DNA of 63,579 bases, the filler included, from Olpidium bornovanus S191 (lineage: Eukaryota; Fungi; Olpidiomycota): NCBI GenBank assembly GCA_017911155.1. It is 25 parts of 25 records of this genome, joined end to end, with 100 filler letters (N's around TTAATTAATTAA, not from the genome) between each part and the next. Parts side by side here need not be neighbours in the genome. Positions count along the whole stretch, not along the records: positions 11,548 to 13,055 come from JAEFCI010001271.1; positions 13,156 to 14,717 come from JAEFCI010012778.1; positions 14,818 to 15,851 come from JAEFCI010005284.1; positions 15,952 to 21,790 come from JAEFCI010003544.1; positions 21,891 to 24,810 come from JAEFCI010011724.1; positions 24,911 to 26,305 come from JAEFCI010004270.1; 19 more parts are not named here. One strand, given 5' to 3'. This document shows positions 12,816 to 24,984 of the stretch, one piece after another (position 1 is the stretch's first letter; each line of letters opens with the position of its first letter). A program made the position numbers and the translations under genes. The notes beneath the pieces are model-generated. The model saw only the letters and a program-made list of their open reading frames with translations, searched no databases and was not told the origin of the DNA.

Positions 12816-13155
12816 CGGGTTCTCAATCGTTTTTCGAGAATTATTTCCAGCCGAATCTAAATAAGTTATAAATAAGATTATTTTTATGATGATTACCTTT
12901 TCCGACGTTCTTTCAGTTGTCCCGGATGTTTTTCTCATGGATGGCGCTAACCGCCGGTGCTAACGCATCATTCCCCGACGCTTTTGGCTCCTTTGCGCAA
13001 CATCTTGCTGATCGTGTTCGAGAAAATGACGGTCCTGGAAACTTTGGAGGTCCTTNNNNNNNNNNNNNNNNNNNNNNNNNNNNNNNNNNNNNNNNNNNNT
13101 TAATTAATTAANNNNNNNNNNNNNNNNNNNNNNNNNNNNNNNNNNNNNNNNNNNN

Positions 13156-13211
<56 letters not shown>

Positions 13212-13291
13212 AAGAGGAACGCGAGCGCCCTCCACGCGCCCACCGCGCCCTTCCCCCTCTCGCGGCCGAACCGGCGGCCGCCCGCGCGGAA

Positions 13292-14578
13292 ATGGCGTCC
13301 GCCGCTTCCCACCCCTACTACCCGCGCGACGCCGTCATCTCTGGCTACGTCCCGAACGCGACCCCCACCGTTTCGCTGCTCGCCGCCTTCGCCGTCGCCA
13401 CCGCTGCCGTCGCCGCTGCCGCCGTCGCCGCCGCTGCGTCCGCCAGGCCCGCGCTGCCCGCCCGCGAAAAGCTGGCCTTCGTGTGGCTCGTCCTTTGCGG
13501 TACGCACCAGCGATTCCGCGCGTCTCCCTTTCCCTACCCTAGATTAGTTATTTGCTAGACATAAATAGATCCGTTCAAATGTAGGCCGTCTGTCGCCGTT
13601 GTTTGAGGGCAGGCACGCGCGGCCGCTGATGACACTTCCGGCGGCCTGGTCGTGCTTTCCTTTCTAGGCTCCTGCCACACGATTTTCGAGGGTTACTTTG
13701 GCGCGTTCCCGAACGCGATCGCCGGCGGCACCTCCGTGGTGGCTCAATTGTGGAAAGAGTAAGAAAGGAGGAGGAGGAATTTTGTTTTGGGGACGTCCCG
13801 GCCGGGAAACTGTTCCGCAGCACGGCGCTTCCAGCTTTGTTTCGCGCGGTCGACAACTTGTTTGAATCGCAAAGCCTGCTTTCCGTGCAGGTACGCCCGC
13901 GCCGACTCACGGTACCTGACCGGCGACCCGACGATCCTCTACATCGAACGCATAACTGCGGTGAGAGAGGACGTCCTAGTAGTCATGCCCGCCTGCGTTG
14001 CCCGGTGACGCGCCAAAAGGGGATCCCTTTTTTTCCGTATAAACCCTCCCCGGTGGTGGAGGCGCTGACTCGCTTTCGTTTTCCGGGTCCGACGCCCGTC
14101 AGTTCGTTGAGGGCCCGCTCTGCTTCCTTTGCGCCCGGGCGATCCTGCGGGACCTGCCGTATCGGCACCCGCTGCAGATGGCGATCTCGCTGGGCCAGCT
14201 TTACGGCGTCGTTTTGTATTTCGCCACAAGCATTCACGAGGGCAATCCCCACTGCGCTCCGGGCGCCGTCTACCTGTGGTTCTATTTTGGATTCGTACGT
14301 GTGAAAACAACGGTCGCTGCCGCTATGTCCACACCGCTTTTTGATGACGGCATTTCCCGGAGGGGCACGGGCGGAGCTCGCGCTAAATTTCTTAAATCCG
14401 TTCGGCCAACGCCGGCGAACAACAGATGAATGCTCTGTGGATCGCCGTCCCCGGTCTTCTGATCTACCAGTCTTTCACGGCCATGACGCGCGCTGCGACT
14501 GTGGCAGGCAAGTACGCCAAAGTCAAATACGCAGGCAAAAGCTTCCGCTCGACCGTTCCGGAGCTGAAGGAGCAGTGA
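13292..14578 (+). CDS. EBP: Emopamil-binding protein / sterol delta8-delta7 isomerase (EXPERA family), multi-exon
   Basis: HPYYPRDAVISGYVPN; FVWLVLCG; HTIFEGYF; AQLWKE|YARADSRY; LQMAISLGQLYGVVLYFAT; MNALWIAVPGLLIYQSF. All match hallmark EBP motifs, and introns are GT-AG. Confidence 0.92.
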
Positions 14579-14919
14579 GCGCGTTTGCGGCGTAAGACAT
14601 GGATGCGGAGTTGGGGGAGGCCAAGTCGCCGTTGTTCCGGAGGCGGTGGAACACCTTGGTCCTTCCCCACCCCCTTTTTCCACTCTTTCCTCCCCCCCAA
14701 CTTCCCTGCGACGGCGGNNNNNNNNNNNNNNNNNNNNNNNNNNNNNNNNNNNNNNNNNNNNTTAATTAATTAANNNNNNNNNNNNNNNNNNNNNNNNNNN
14801 NNNNNNNNNNNNNNNNNAAAAGAAAAACACACGCGCGGGGTGCCCGGTCCCGTTTGTTTGGGTTCGGCGAAGAAAAAACGGCGGGGGAAGGGGGGGGGCG
14901 CGCGCGCGGGCGGGGGGGG

Positions 14920-14961
<42 letters not shown>

Positions 14962-15225
14962 AAAACACACGCGCGGGGTGCCCGGTCCCGTTTGTTTGGG
15001 TTCGGCGAAGAAAAAACGGCGGGGGAAGGGGGTGGGCGCGCGCGCGGGCGAGGAGGAAAAAAAAAAAAAAAAAAAAGAAAAAAAAGGCCCGAAATCGGGC
15101 GTGCGAGAGAGGATTTATCCAATTCAGGGGGAAAAAAGGAGCGGGCTAAAGGATGAAAAAAAAAACCCCCCAAAAAAGAGGGGGGGAAAAGGACGGGAGA
15201 GAAAAACAGAGAAGAGCGAAAAAGG

Positions 15226-15257
<32 letters not shown>

Positions 15258-15593
15258 AGCTTCGATACGCGCGCATCGACGACGACCGACGGCGACGGAC
15301 GAATGATGATGACGATGGTGGTGATGGTGATGATCCAGGAGGAGGAGGAGGAGGAGCAGATTTGAAAAGGTGCACGCGCTGCGGAGAAGGCGGGCTTTTT
15401 TTTTTCTTTCTTTTTTTTTATTTCCTTGTGGGGGTGACTGAGGAAAAATAGAGAAGAAACGACAAAAAACCCCGCTCCCCGTCCGCAAATAAAAAAAAAG
15501 AAATTTTTAAAAAAAAACCACACACGCACGCACACGCGAAGGAGCCCCCGCCCGTCCAACAACACCTCTCCCTTTTCCCTTTCCCTTCCGGAT

Positions 15594-15677
15594 ATGTCGC
15601 CGACGTTCCGCGGCGACGCCTTCTCCAAGCGGGACAAGCTGATCGTGTTCGACACCACCCTGCGCGATGGGGAGCAG
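15594..15677 (+). CDS. leuA: First exon of 2-isopropylmalate synthase, bacterial/plant LeuA type (DRE-TIM family; rest lost at contig end)
   Basis: MSPTFRGDAFSKRDKLIVFDTTLRDGEQ followed by a GTGAGG donor. FDTTLRDGEQ is the DRE-TIM signature. Other DRE-TIM enzymes cannot be excluded from 28 aa. Confidence 0.72.
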
Positions 15678-15743
15678 GTGAGGCGGGGGTGAGGGGAAGG
15701 GTGACGACCTCTCCGAAACAATCATGTGGAGCTGCTGTAACCG

Positions 15744-15826
<83 letters not shown>

Positions 15827-16112
15827 ACCCCCCCCCCCCCCCCCCCCCCCCNNNNNNNNNNNNNNNNNNNNNNNNNNNNNNNNNNNNNNNNNNNNTTAAT
15901 TAATTAANNNNNNNNNNNNNNNNNNNNNNNNNNNNNNNNNNNNNNNNNNNNCAAACAGGTCACAGAAAACGAACAATTCGAAGACGCGATAAGAAACCGA
16001 AAGCAGAAAAGAGAACGAAGAAAAAAAACAAAGCGGAAAGCTAGCGTGGCACACGCGGAAAAGCACAACCAAACCCCGAGTTCTCAAGAAAGAAAACACC
16101 CAATCGCCCGCA

Positions 16113-16330
16113 ATGCCGGTCAACCTCCCGATCGTGGCCGCCGTCACCGCAAGCGGTCTGGGGTACTATTACGTGAAAACCATCTGGAACAACGGGGGAC
16201 GCCGCGGCTCTGTAGAGGGAGGAGCGTCGCAAACCGCGTCGCAAACCCCTCGGCGGCCATGGAACGCGGAGACCACCACGGACCCATTGACGTGGAACAC
16301 CTTATCCGCGCGCTGGGGAAGGGATCACGT
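16113..16330 (+). CDS. Small protein with an N-terminal hydrophobic anchor (first exon), unidentified
   Basis: MPVNLPIVAAVTASGLGYYYVKTIWNNGG... has a plausible ATG and a single TM-like segment. Later exons are uncertain. Confidence 0.4.
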
Positions 16331-17950
16331 AGGGAACAGGCGTTTTAGTGTCCGGTGTTTTGCGATTGCTTCCTGGGAAAGACAGTGGGACCCGATACTG
16401 ATCGTTCATTCGCGATCGCTGTTTTTGCTTTTTTTTTGTTTTTTATTTTTGTCTTTTTTGCCCCGTCCGCGTCCAAAGATCATGTCTCACTAGGCTGACA
16501 CCCCCGAACGGGGCAAACCCGGGGAACCTGGACAAGGGATGTTGGTCGTCGTCTTCGCCCCGCAAGCCAGGGAGCGACCAGTCACTTTCAAACGCAACCT
16601 CATTCGCACCCTTTATCGGTTCACTCCCCCTTGTTTGCGTCCGCGGTGTGGGTGTCTAAGCATTTCGCAAAGTTGTATTCATTTTCCTTGCGAAATAAAA
16701 AAAGGAAAAAAAAAATAAGCTGGCCGATGTTGGATGTGGAGGGTGAACCGGCTGTTAACATCCCACTTCCCCTATTTCCCAGTCGTGTCGTTTGGTACTG
16801 ACCGCGTGTTTTGTGCGCGCGAGAGGAAAGACGTGCGAACGGGGGGAGAGCCCCCGTAGGAAAAAAAGAGAGGCCCGCAGGACCCTTCCTTTCCGCGCCG
16901 CAAAAGCTAAGAGAAAAAATCCAAACCGCCACCCGAGGCGTTTCCCACGGGCCAGCGAGCCTGGGCGTTGGAACCGGCTGGAAGTAGTTCGCGAGCAAAG
17001 ATCTTCTTTTTTTGTTGCCGCGCAGTTTGGTTCAGACTGGCCAGCTCCGGCCCCCGCGCGGCGCCCGGTCACTCGGCGGCCGCGTTATTGCTTTTTAACT
17101 TGGAGCGCCCCGATTGTTCGGCCGGGGCAGCACAGAGTTGCCGCAGGCAGATGCCTCTCGGCTACAGCGCGTTCAACAGTCGGCCCTCAGTTCAGCGGCT
17201 GGTTCCGGGCGTAGTCCACCTGGCGGGGGAGGCGAAGGGGGGGGGGGGGAGAGACACTGAAAAGCGTCCCGGCAGGAGCGTCGCGGCCCTGAGTTTTTTT
17301 TTCCGCTGTCGTTGTGGTGCTTCGAGGCGAAGAGCGACCTCGCGGACTCTCCCATGGCACACCCGCAGACCGCCTCGGCACCGACGAATTCACAGGCGGT
17401 TTCCCCAAACGGCCCCCCCCCCACCATTCCCCCCCCCCCGCAAACGCCTCCGCCCGCTCCGCCAAGCAGTCGAGACTTTCGGCTTTCGGGGCAAGACAAA
17501 ATCCGGAGGAGAAACGCGTTTCTGTTGCTCCACTCTGCGTTCCCACTGCGCCGGCCCGCCGGCGTCGCTCGTTCGCTTATCAACGCGGTCGTTTTTTCCC
17601 TTTCAGTTTACAGATCCTTGGACGCGCGGCGTGGCCGCCCCGCTGTGCGCAGCGCAGTGCAGACGTTCCTCTCCCACGCCAGCAGCGGGTTGGCCGGCTG
17701 CCCTGCGGGCCCTGCGAGTGGTCACGTCTGGGTTCAGTCCCGGTGCTTTCCCGGGCATCGGGGTTTCGACCCCGGGGCGGTTGTGCGGGGGCCTCTTCCC
17801 GGGTGCCCCATCATGAAACGGCCACAATCCGCACCAGGGGCCTGGAGTGTCGCAATGCCGCCGTCGTGTGGCAACTCGAACAAGTGGGGTGTCCACTGGG
17901 AACTAACTCGGTTCCGAGAGGAACGCCGAAACCGCTGGGTAAGGGTCAAC

Positions 17951-20900
17951 TTACCACATAGCAACTTTATGGGAGTCTGTGTACACCCGGTAGAGGGGCC
18001 CACCACCCCCTGGCGCGGATATAGCCCTTTCACCAAAGTTGCACCGGCAAAAAAACGCAAAAAAAAACACGCAGGAGGAAAGAAAACGCTGCGTAAAATT
18101 GCAAATTCCGAGGCAAACGGGCCAAATAAATAAATAAACAAATGAATAAATAAACAAAAAAACGCGATAAAATTCGGGCGGACTGCAGACGTCAGATGAC
18201 GTTCCACGGCGACCGAGTCGTGCTGATCCGCGTCGAGTTGAACCTGTGCGTCCCGGTAGCTCTCCTGCGAAATATGGGTGGGATACGGGCGCGGGGGGAA
18301 GAAAGTGGGGGGAATTGGGCGCGTGAGGGGGCGGGAAACACCAGAGGGATGTAATAGCGGCCTCCCGCATTCCCCGAGAACAGGACTCACGACGGGTCCT
18401 GCAGCCGTTCTGCGGTCTGGCGGAGGTTTACCTTCCGCGAAACCGTCGGCTTCTTCTCCGTCTCGCCGTCCGCGGAGCGCCTGTCCGGATCGTCGGACGG
18501 CCACGTCCGGTTGTGCATGCCGAGGCTCGCGGCTTCCGGATTGGCGTCCTCCTCCGCTTCGTCGTCCCCCTCCTCGACGGCCTTCCTCTCTTGTTCGCCG
18601 GCGGACGGGGCGACGGACGATCGGGAGGTCCCCGTGGCTCCGGAGCCCGAGGCATTCGCGGCCCGCGGGCGTTTGGGCCGCGCGCGCGGAGCCGCCGCCG
18701 ACGGCAGGTTGGAGGCGGATCGCGAGGCGCCGCTCCGGAGGTCTGTTACGGAGGTGCGGGACTTCGCCACGGCGGCCGACGATCCGAAGGCGCCGGATTT
18801 TGCGAGAGTGCTCGACGAGCCCCGGAGGGCGCCGGATTTCGAGATCAGGTTCGACGAGCTGATGCAGCCGGATTTTGACAGCTGGGTCGAGGAGCCGCGG
18901 GGTCCTTTTTTCCGGGAAATTGAGGAGGAGGAGGAGGAGGAGGGAGCCGCAAGGTTGCCCACGGACCGGGACAAGGCTCGGCCAAGCTTCGCGGAGGTCC
19001 CCTCGACGGCGGCGGCGGCGGGCCGGTCAGGCGCGAACTTGAAGTCCGCCTTCTCCGCGGGCCGCCCGCCGGCACCGCATGCCACCGCTGCGGCCGCGCT
19101 CGACGACGGGTAATCACGGGAGGCGTCCGCGGCCTTCGCGTTCGTCCGAGCTTCCGGGAGCGAGCCGTTCTGGGACACGCGCTGGCCGTCTCGCAGCGCC
19201 TGCAGCATAATTTTCCGGTCCCGGATCGCGTCCTGCCGCGCCCGCGCAGCCGTCGTCATCTGCTCCGCCAGCCGTTGGTGCGGCCCCACGCCGGCGGAAA
19301 GCGTCACCGCGTCCACCTGCATCGGGATGCCCTTGATGGTGTCTCCCTCTGTGTCCGGCTTTTCGGTGGTTTCACGCCGGGTCGGGGGTGACATTTTAAA
19401 CGCCTTCCTAAGCCGGGAGCGTTTCAAAGCAGACTTCCACGAGCCTTTATCTTACCTCTCGCACGGGGATCACCTTCCCGGCAAGATTCTAGGTTGAGCA
19501 TAAAAACGGCGTTCTTTCTTTAAAAAGATTATCCCGTTCGTTCCGGCAAATCCGAATAAATAAACAAAGCCCGAATACGGACGCGGAAGGCGTGGTGAAC
19601 ATACGTTGTCCTCTTTGCCAAGTGACGTGTCGCTTTTCATGTCTCTCAACATCCTCAGTTTTTCCATTGCGTCTCGGACTATTGCGTCCGCCTTCTCGCT
19701 ATCGGACTTCGAAGCCGCCGATGCCGGCCCGGTGCCGCCTGCCGCCGCCGGAAGAGGCTGGTCCGGAGGCTGTTGGGACGGATGTTGTTGGGCAGGAAGC
19801 TTTTGGACCGAAAGTTGAACCGGGAGCGGCGCTGCTGGCGCTGCCGCCGTTTCCGGCGGCGCTGTAGAGATGGGGCTCACGAGGTCGTCTACAAGCACCA
19901 ACCCGCCGCTCTTCTTTTGGATTCCGGGCAGCACCGGTCGAGGGGAGCCGGCCGTGTCACTGGCGGAGGTCCGCGCACTGGCCGGAGAGGCGGCTCTGGA
20001 CGCCGAGACAATCTGGTCGACCGCAGACCGTTCATTGTCCGATAAGGTGCGACCCGAAGGCCGCCTGACCTCTTTCTGGCGAAGCGCGGGCAGATAGTGT
20101 TGGCTCGAACCCGCAGCGCGAAATCCACCGTTCGCCCGCCCCCTCCTCCCCCTCTTTTCCCCTCACCCTCCATCCTCCTTCCCTTTTCCTCGGCTCTATT
20201 CCCCTTTGCCTTTCGCCCCCATCGCCTTCCTCCCTTCCCCCCTTCCCCCCTCCTCTCTCACCCCCATCCCGATCCAAACGGTTACCAAAGGATTTTGCGC
20301 AAAAACGCGGGCGCCTCCTTTCCGTACGCTCGCGGGTTTCGCGGGAAACAAGTCAACCAAAAATTTACCAACTGCTGCTGCGGCGACTTCGCGAACGAGT
20401 ATTCCGGCACCGTGTCTTTCAAGACTTTCTTGCGGAGCGCGGCCGCTTGCGAGGCGGCCCTCGCTATCACCTTGACCTCCTCGGGCAGCACCCGTTCGCT
20501 CCCGGTCGCCAGCGCTTGCCGGAGGGCGGCGGCGGCGGCGGCGGCGTTGGCCATCTCCTTCACTCTTTCCGTCGCGTTGACCTTGGTCGCCCTTTTCAGG
20601 TTGACCTTGAGCTCGTTCCACTTGCTCGCGGTTTTGACCGAGCCGCCCGCGGATCTGGCGGGGGCGTCGTTTTGGTCGGGGCCGAGGTTCACCTGCGCCG
20701 CTTCCAGAGCGGACTCGAGGATGTCGAGCTCCTTTGAGAGGTTTTTGAGTTTCTCCGGCGCTCCCATGGTCCGCCTCAACCACGTCGGATCCCTTGGCGT
20801 ATGAGCGGCCGCGGGGGCAGCGATGCCGGCGTTGACCTTTGCCCTCGCAGGCGGCTTCGCCGAAAGCAGAAGAGGCTGAGCCGAGTCCATGCTTTTCTGC

Positions 20901-21316
20901 TGGGCTTCGGCGTCAACCGGCGGGCGACGGCCGGATCGCGGCAACCGGGTGGCATCTTTCCCGTGATTTTCGGGGGCGTCGCCGTCGCCCCCCTGTAGCT
21001 GTTGCTGCTGTTGCTGCTGCTGCTGATGGTCCGGCGTCTTCTTCCGGATCGCCCTGATGTTCTCGAGCAGCTTCGGGGGCACAACCGGGCCCGGAAGTCC
21101 CGCGGAGAAATAGCGCCCGGTGACGTCGGCGACGTCGGCGGCGGCGGCGGCGGCGGCGGCGGCTCCCGAGCGCGGGGCAGACTCGAGCGCGGCGGCGGCT
21201 TTGGCAAGGTTGAACTCGTCGGACGAGCGGGGCAGCGCGGCGGGCCCGGTGTCGACGAAGGCGACGCCTGGGGTGCGTTCCGCGGGGGCGGAGGCAGTGA
21301 CGTCGAGCAAGCTCAT
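17951..21316 (-). CDS. Large, mostly disordered Ala/Ser/Pro-rich protein, multi-exon, unidentified
   Basis: Long GC-rich open exons (21316 to about 20370, about 20090-19605, about 19430-18390) separated by GT-AG introns containing poly-T/purine tracts. The 3' exons are uncertain. Confidence 0.6.
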
Positions 21317-22089
21317 TCCGGGGGGGGCGGGCGGAGCGGGGGAAGGTGGGACGCAGGAGGGGGGGGGGGGGGGGGGGGAGCGGGGGAAAGGGAAGGGGAG
21401 GACGGGGTGGGGCGGCGCGGGGTGGACGCGGGGTAGGCGGGGGCGAGAGAGCGACAAGAGAAATTTGCGGAGGCGGGGCGCCGTCTTTCCGGCCAACCCC
21501 AAAATGACAAAAGTATAAGTAGATCTTGGTTGCCGCCGCCGTTCAATCAGGGATAGAAGCGGGGGACGTACCCCGGGGCTGGCAGACACCGTTTATCTCA
21601 TCGGACTCGTGCGGACCCGATGGACCTCCATCTCACCGCCGCCAAAAGCGGAAGGCCTGACCGGCGGAGTGAAAAAAAAAAACGACGCCGCCGAAAGCCT
21701 TGGAAGTGGCCAAAGCCCTAATGATTCTTTTATTTTATGACGAAGGGGAAGGGAGGGAGGGTGGGAAGGGGTAGGGGGAAGGGGGGGGGGNNNNNNNNNN
21801 NNNNNNNNNNNNNNNNNNNNNNNNNNNNNNNNNNTTAATTAATTAANNNNNNNNNNNNNNNNNNNNNNNNNNNNNNNNNNNNNNNNNNNNCATGACCGCG
21901 GCGTAAGGGACGTAATTTGAACCCATCCACAGTACACTGGATCTGGATCTGGAATTCGAGAGTGAACTAGCTACCCAGTTTGTTGTTCTCTACATTTAAA
22001 ATTACAGAGAACATAGGCGCTTTACATAGGCGTGGCCTACTGCCGGTGCCAACGCGGTTTATGCTGTGTGTGTTTTAGACAGTTCGGCG

Positions 22090-22250
22090 TGTACTGGTGT
22101 GCAATACCGTACTGGTGCGCAATATCCAGCAATATCCAGTATTGCGGCTCCGGTACTGGCGTCAGGCTCTGAAATATTCTGCAATATCTGATAATGTGGC
22201 TTTGGTACTGGCGTCAAGCTCTGAAATATTGTGCAATATTCCAGAAGCCA
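22090..22250. repeat. Imperfect direct repeats of about 52 bp (GGTACTGGCGTCARGCTCTGAAATATT core) upstream of gag remnants
   Basis: Two clear copies at about 22152 and 22204, plus shorter GTACTGGTG(T/C)GCAATA copies at about 22092 and 22110. Confidence 0.75.
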
Positions 22251-22535
22251 CAGCGTGGTGGTAATTCGCCGATATTACAGCTCTGTCGCCACTACGCTGG
22301 CTCGTGCGCTATACACTGTTCTCGATCTTCGTCTAGGTCTTGATTGTCACGTGACGTCGCGACTAGACACTGGTGTGTCTAATGGTCTCGGCAATCCTGG
22401 GTCACGTGATCGGCGCTATAGCTGCTTCCTCCGGGAGGAGAGAGGGGTTTGACGCAGCTCAAGAGGGGTTTGACGCCGCCGTAGCAGGCGCCGTGACAGC
22501 GGATTCCTGGCCGGCAGCGGGTACCCTTGGTCCCG

Positions 22536-23450
22536 TCATGCCATCAAAGGCCGTATCGAAGCTTCCCCCGCCAGGGCTGCCGTTGCTAACAAGCGATTCA
22601 GGTCCAGTCGCAGCGTTCCCATTTGCCGGGTGAGCTCGTCTATGTCGCCTTTCGTATTCTGCTCAGCCCCGCGCCCATCCTTCACTGCTTTCGCATTCCC
22701 AGGCGCCGCTTCCCCTGCCAGAAAGGAGGCACTCCGCCCTGCCCCGACATCTGACACAACGGTCTCAACCCTACAGATCAATCGGTCCCCGCATGACATC
22801 GCCCGGATAACGCCAATGGCGCGATCCCAATCCTCAAAGAGGTTCTCACCGTCGCGAAGCTTTTTCATCGCCTCCGCCCTTCGCTTCGCGGACAAGGCCC
22901 GGATCAGGATCTCAGTCCTGTCATGAAAACGCGCGTTCTCTCGCTGGTTATTGAAGTCCCGTAGGATGGCCTCCGGATCAGCCCCTTCCCTGGGCGCCTC
23001 AATCCATTCAATGAAGCGCCTCGGCTCATTCTTATCAAATCAGTCGCTTTAAACACCTACCGCAGCTTGACCTTTGCTTCGCTCCAAGACACGCGGTCTG
23101 TCGCAGCAGTGTCACGGTCGTCGCAATCTTCATGGATCGTCAACTTAAAGTACCTGAGGTGCTCTGAATCGGTGGCTCCCATTGCCTTACCGCTTTTTCA
23201 AACTTATGCAAGTACGCCAATATGTTCTGCTCACGGAACAGGCCGGCCTCCTTGGTGAACTGCCTTGTAACCGTGCGGACTTCCGCAGACCTCATCTTCG
23301 CAGCGAGCAAGCGCACCTTCACAATCTCCATTGCCTTACCGTACTCCTTGACCGATTCCGCGGTCTTTCCTGTCCCGTCGTTCCTGTCTGTGAGCGCCAA
23401 GTTGTCGGGCGGGAATCCGCTCAGACGAGAGTTTGGCAGTAGCTGACAAG
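22536..23450 (-). mobile_element. Degenerate LTR-retrotransposon gag (Ty3-like), frameshifted
   Basis: FREQNILAYLHKFEKAV..., then RRFIEWIE...EAILRDFNNQREN...IRALSAKRRAEAMKKL...EDWD...DIDELTRQMGTLRLDL, a pattern typical of fungal gypsy gags. Several stops and shifts. Confidence 0.55.
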
Positions 23451-23919
23451 TAGCTAAGGGCTGGGTTACGGGCGACCTCGAGCCTACGTCAGGAGCGACG
23501 CTGCTGCCTCTCTGCTGCCTCTCATCTGCGCAAAAACCTCCTTCCCAAGCGTCAACCGTCGCTCTGCCTCTACTTCCTTCAATGGGGCCGTCGATACCCC
23601 TCGCAGCGCCCGCGCGGGACCCTCGGCTTTTGTTTGCTATATTTTTCGTTTGCAAGGAACGGTCAGGACGGCTAATTTCCGGGGGAGGGGGGGGACAGGC
23701 AAAGGCGCGGGCCGCTCCCCGGTCACGTGAGCCTCCCACCCGCCACCTGAGGACGACGTGAGGTATCCGACACCGTTTTAACGAGAACCTGGCTGTTCGC
23801 TTTACGAAAGCCCTCGATCTGGAGTCTCACAAGCGCCTCACCGGGATTATTCGGCATGCGTCGACTCCGACTTTTTTGAGAGCAGCGGCCTTCTCTTTCA
23901 AAGCAGCGACGCAGAACAA

Positions 23920-24810
23920 GTCCCGCTCCCTCGGAGGTCATCAGCACGGCGCTCAAAGACAACGCCAAGGAAGTGCGCAAGGCCCTTATCGCAGCTGTGC
24001 CGAAGTTTGCCAGCGACGGGCAGACGCACCTCAACTTCACCTGGGTCTCCGCTCTCAACGGCGTTTTCAACTTCACCGCTACATTTGAACGCTCGAAGCT
24101 CGTCTTGGAAATTTCGCATCTGAGGGGCGGAACCCTCAAGTGGTGGAACGTGCGTAGTCGCGGGCGGAGCCCGGCCAGACGACGCTCATATCGACCTTTG
24201 ACGACTCAAGGAGTTCAACTCAGAGGATTACGAGCTGAGCGTGCACGAGCAACTGAACGCGTGCTCCCTAGGTCTATGCGGAAACCTAACAGCTTACAAC
24301 CGCCGCATGAGTGACCTCTACCTTCAGTTCACCGGCGAGTCAGATTCGTCATAGGCCGCTAGCTACCTGAAAGGCCTGCGTCCTCAGCTTCGGACGCTCG
24401 TCAAAACAAACCTAAACAACTTCGTGTTTCCAAGCAGTCCAGGCAGCCGCCGTGCGGCTTTCCGATACTAGGTTATCGACAAGAACAAGTAAAAGGGGCC
24501 GACCGATGCTCAGGCGAGGTACGGCCACCAGTTCCACGGCCCCGAACTCTGCCGAAAACAACTGTTTGTTTTCTGCAATCGCCGCGGCCACAAGGTTGGC
24601 AAGTGCTGGCGAAAGCACCCGGAGCTCCGCCCCAAGGACTTCTAACTCCGCGGCACACAGGACAATAAACCTCTTGTCGCCCTCGTCACCGAAGAAGAAC
24701 ACTACGAGGCAAAAGTGGAGTATGACGACGTTGGTGCCATGGCCACCGTGGCCGTGGCCGAAGATGCCTACGACGATTCCTGCGGGAACCAGAACACGGA
24801 AGCTAACATG
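23920..24810 (+). mobile_element. Degenerate LTR-retrotransposon gag with zinc knuckle
   Basis: AVPKFASDGQTHLNFTWVSALNGVF...SKLVLEISHLRGGTLKWW; YLKGLRPQLRTLV; FCNRRGHKVGKCWRKHPELRP (CCHC-derived). Multiple stops. Confidence 0.75.
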
Positions 24811-24923
24811 NNNNNNNNNNNNNNNNNNNNNNNNNNNNNNNNNNNNNNNNNNNNTTAATTAATTAANNNNNNNNNNNNNNNNNNNNNNNNNNNNNNNNNN
24901 NNNNNNNNNNAAAAAAAACCCCG

Positions 24924-24961
<38 letters not shown>

Positions 24962-24984
24962 AAGAAATCTGCCTGCGCGCGTAC

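Noticed and set aside
13021-13055. KMTVLETLEVL as a myo-inositol oxygenase fragment
   Set aside because: Only 11 aa at a contig end, with no supporting upstream exon found.
14818-15060. Near-identical duplication of about 140 bp at a contig start
   Set aside because: The copies are bounded by long poly-A/G runs at a contig end, so this is most likely an assembly echo.
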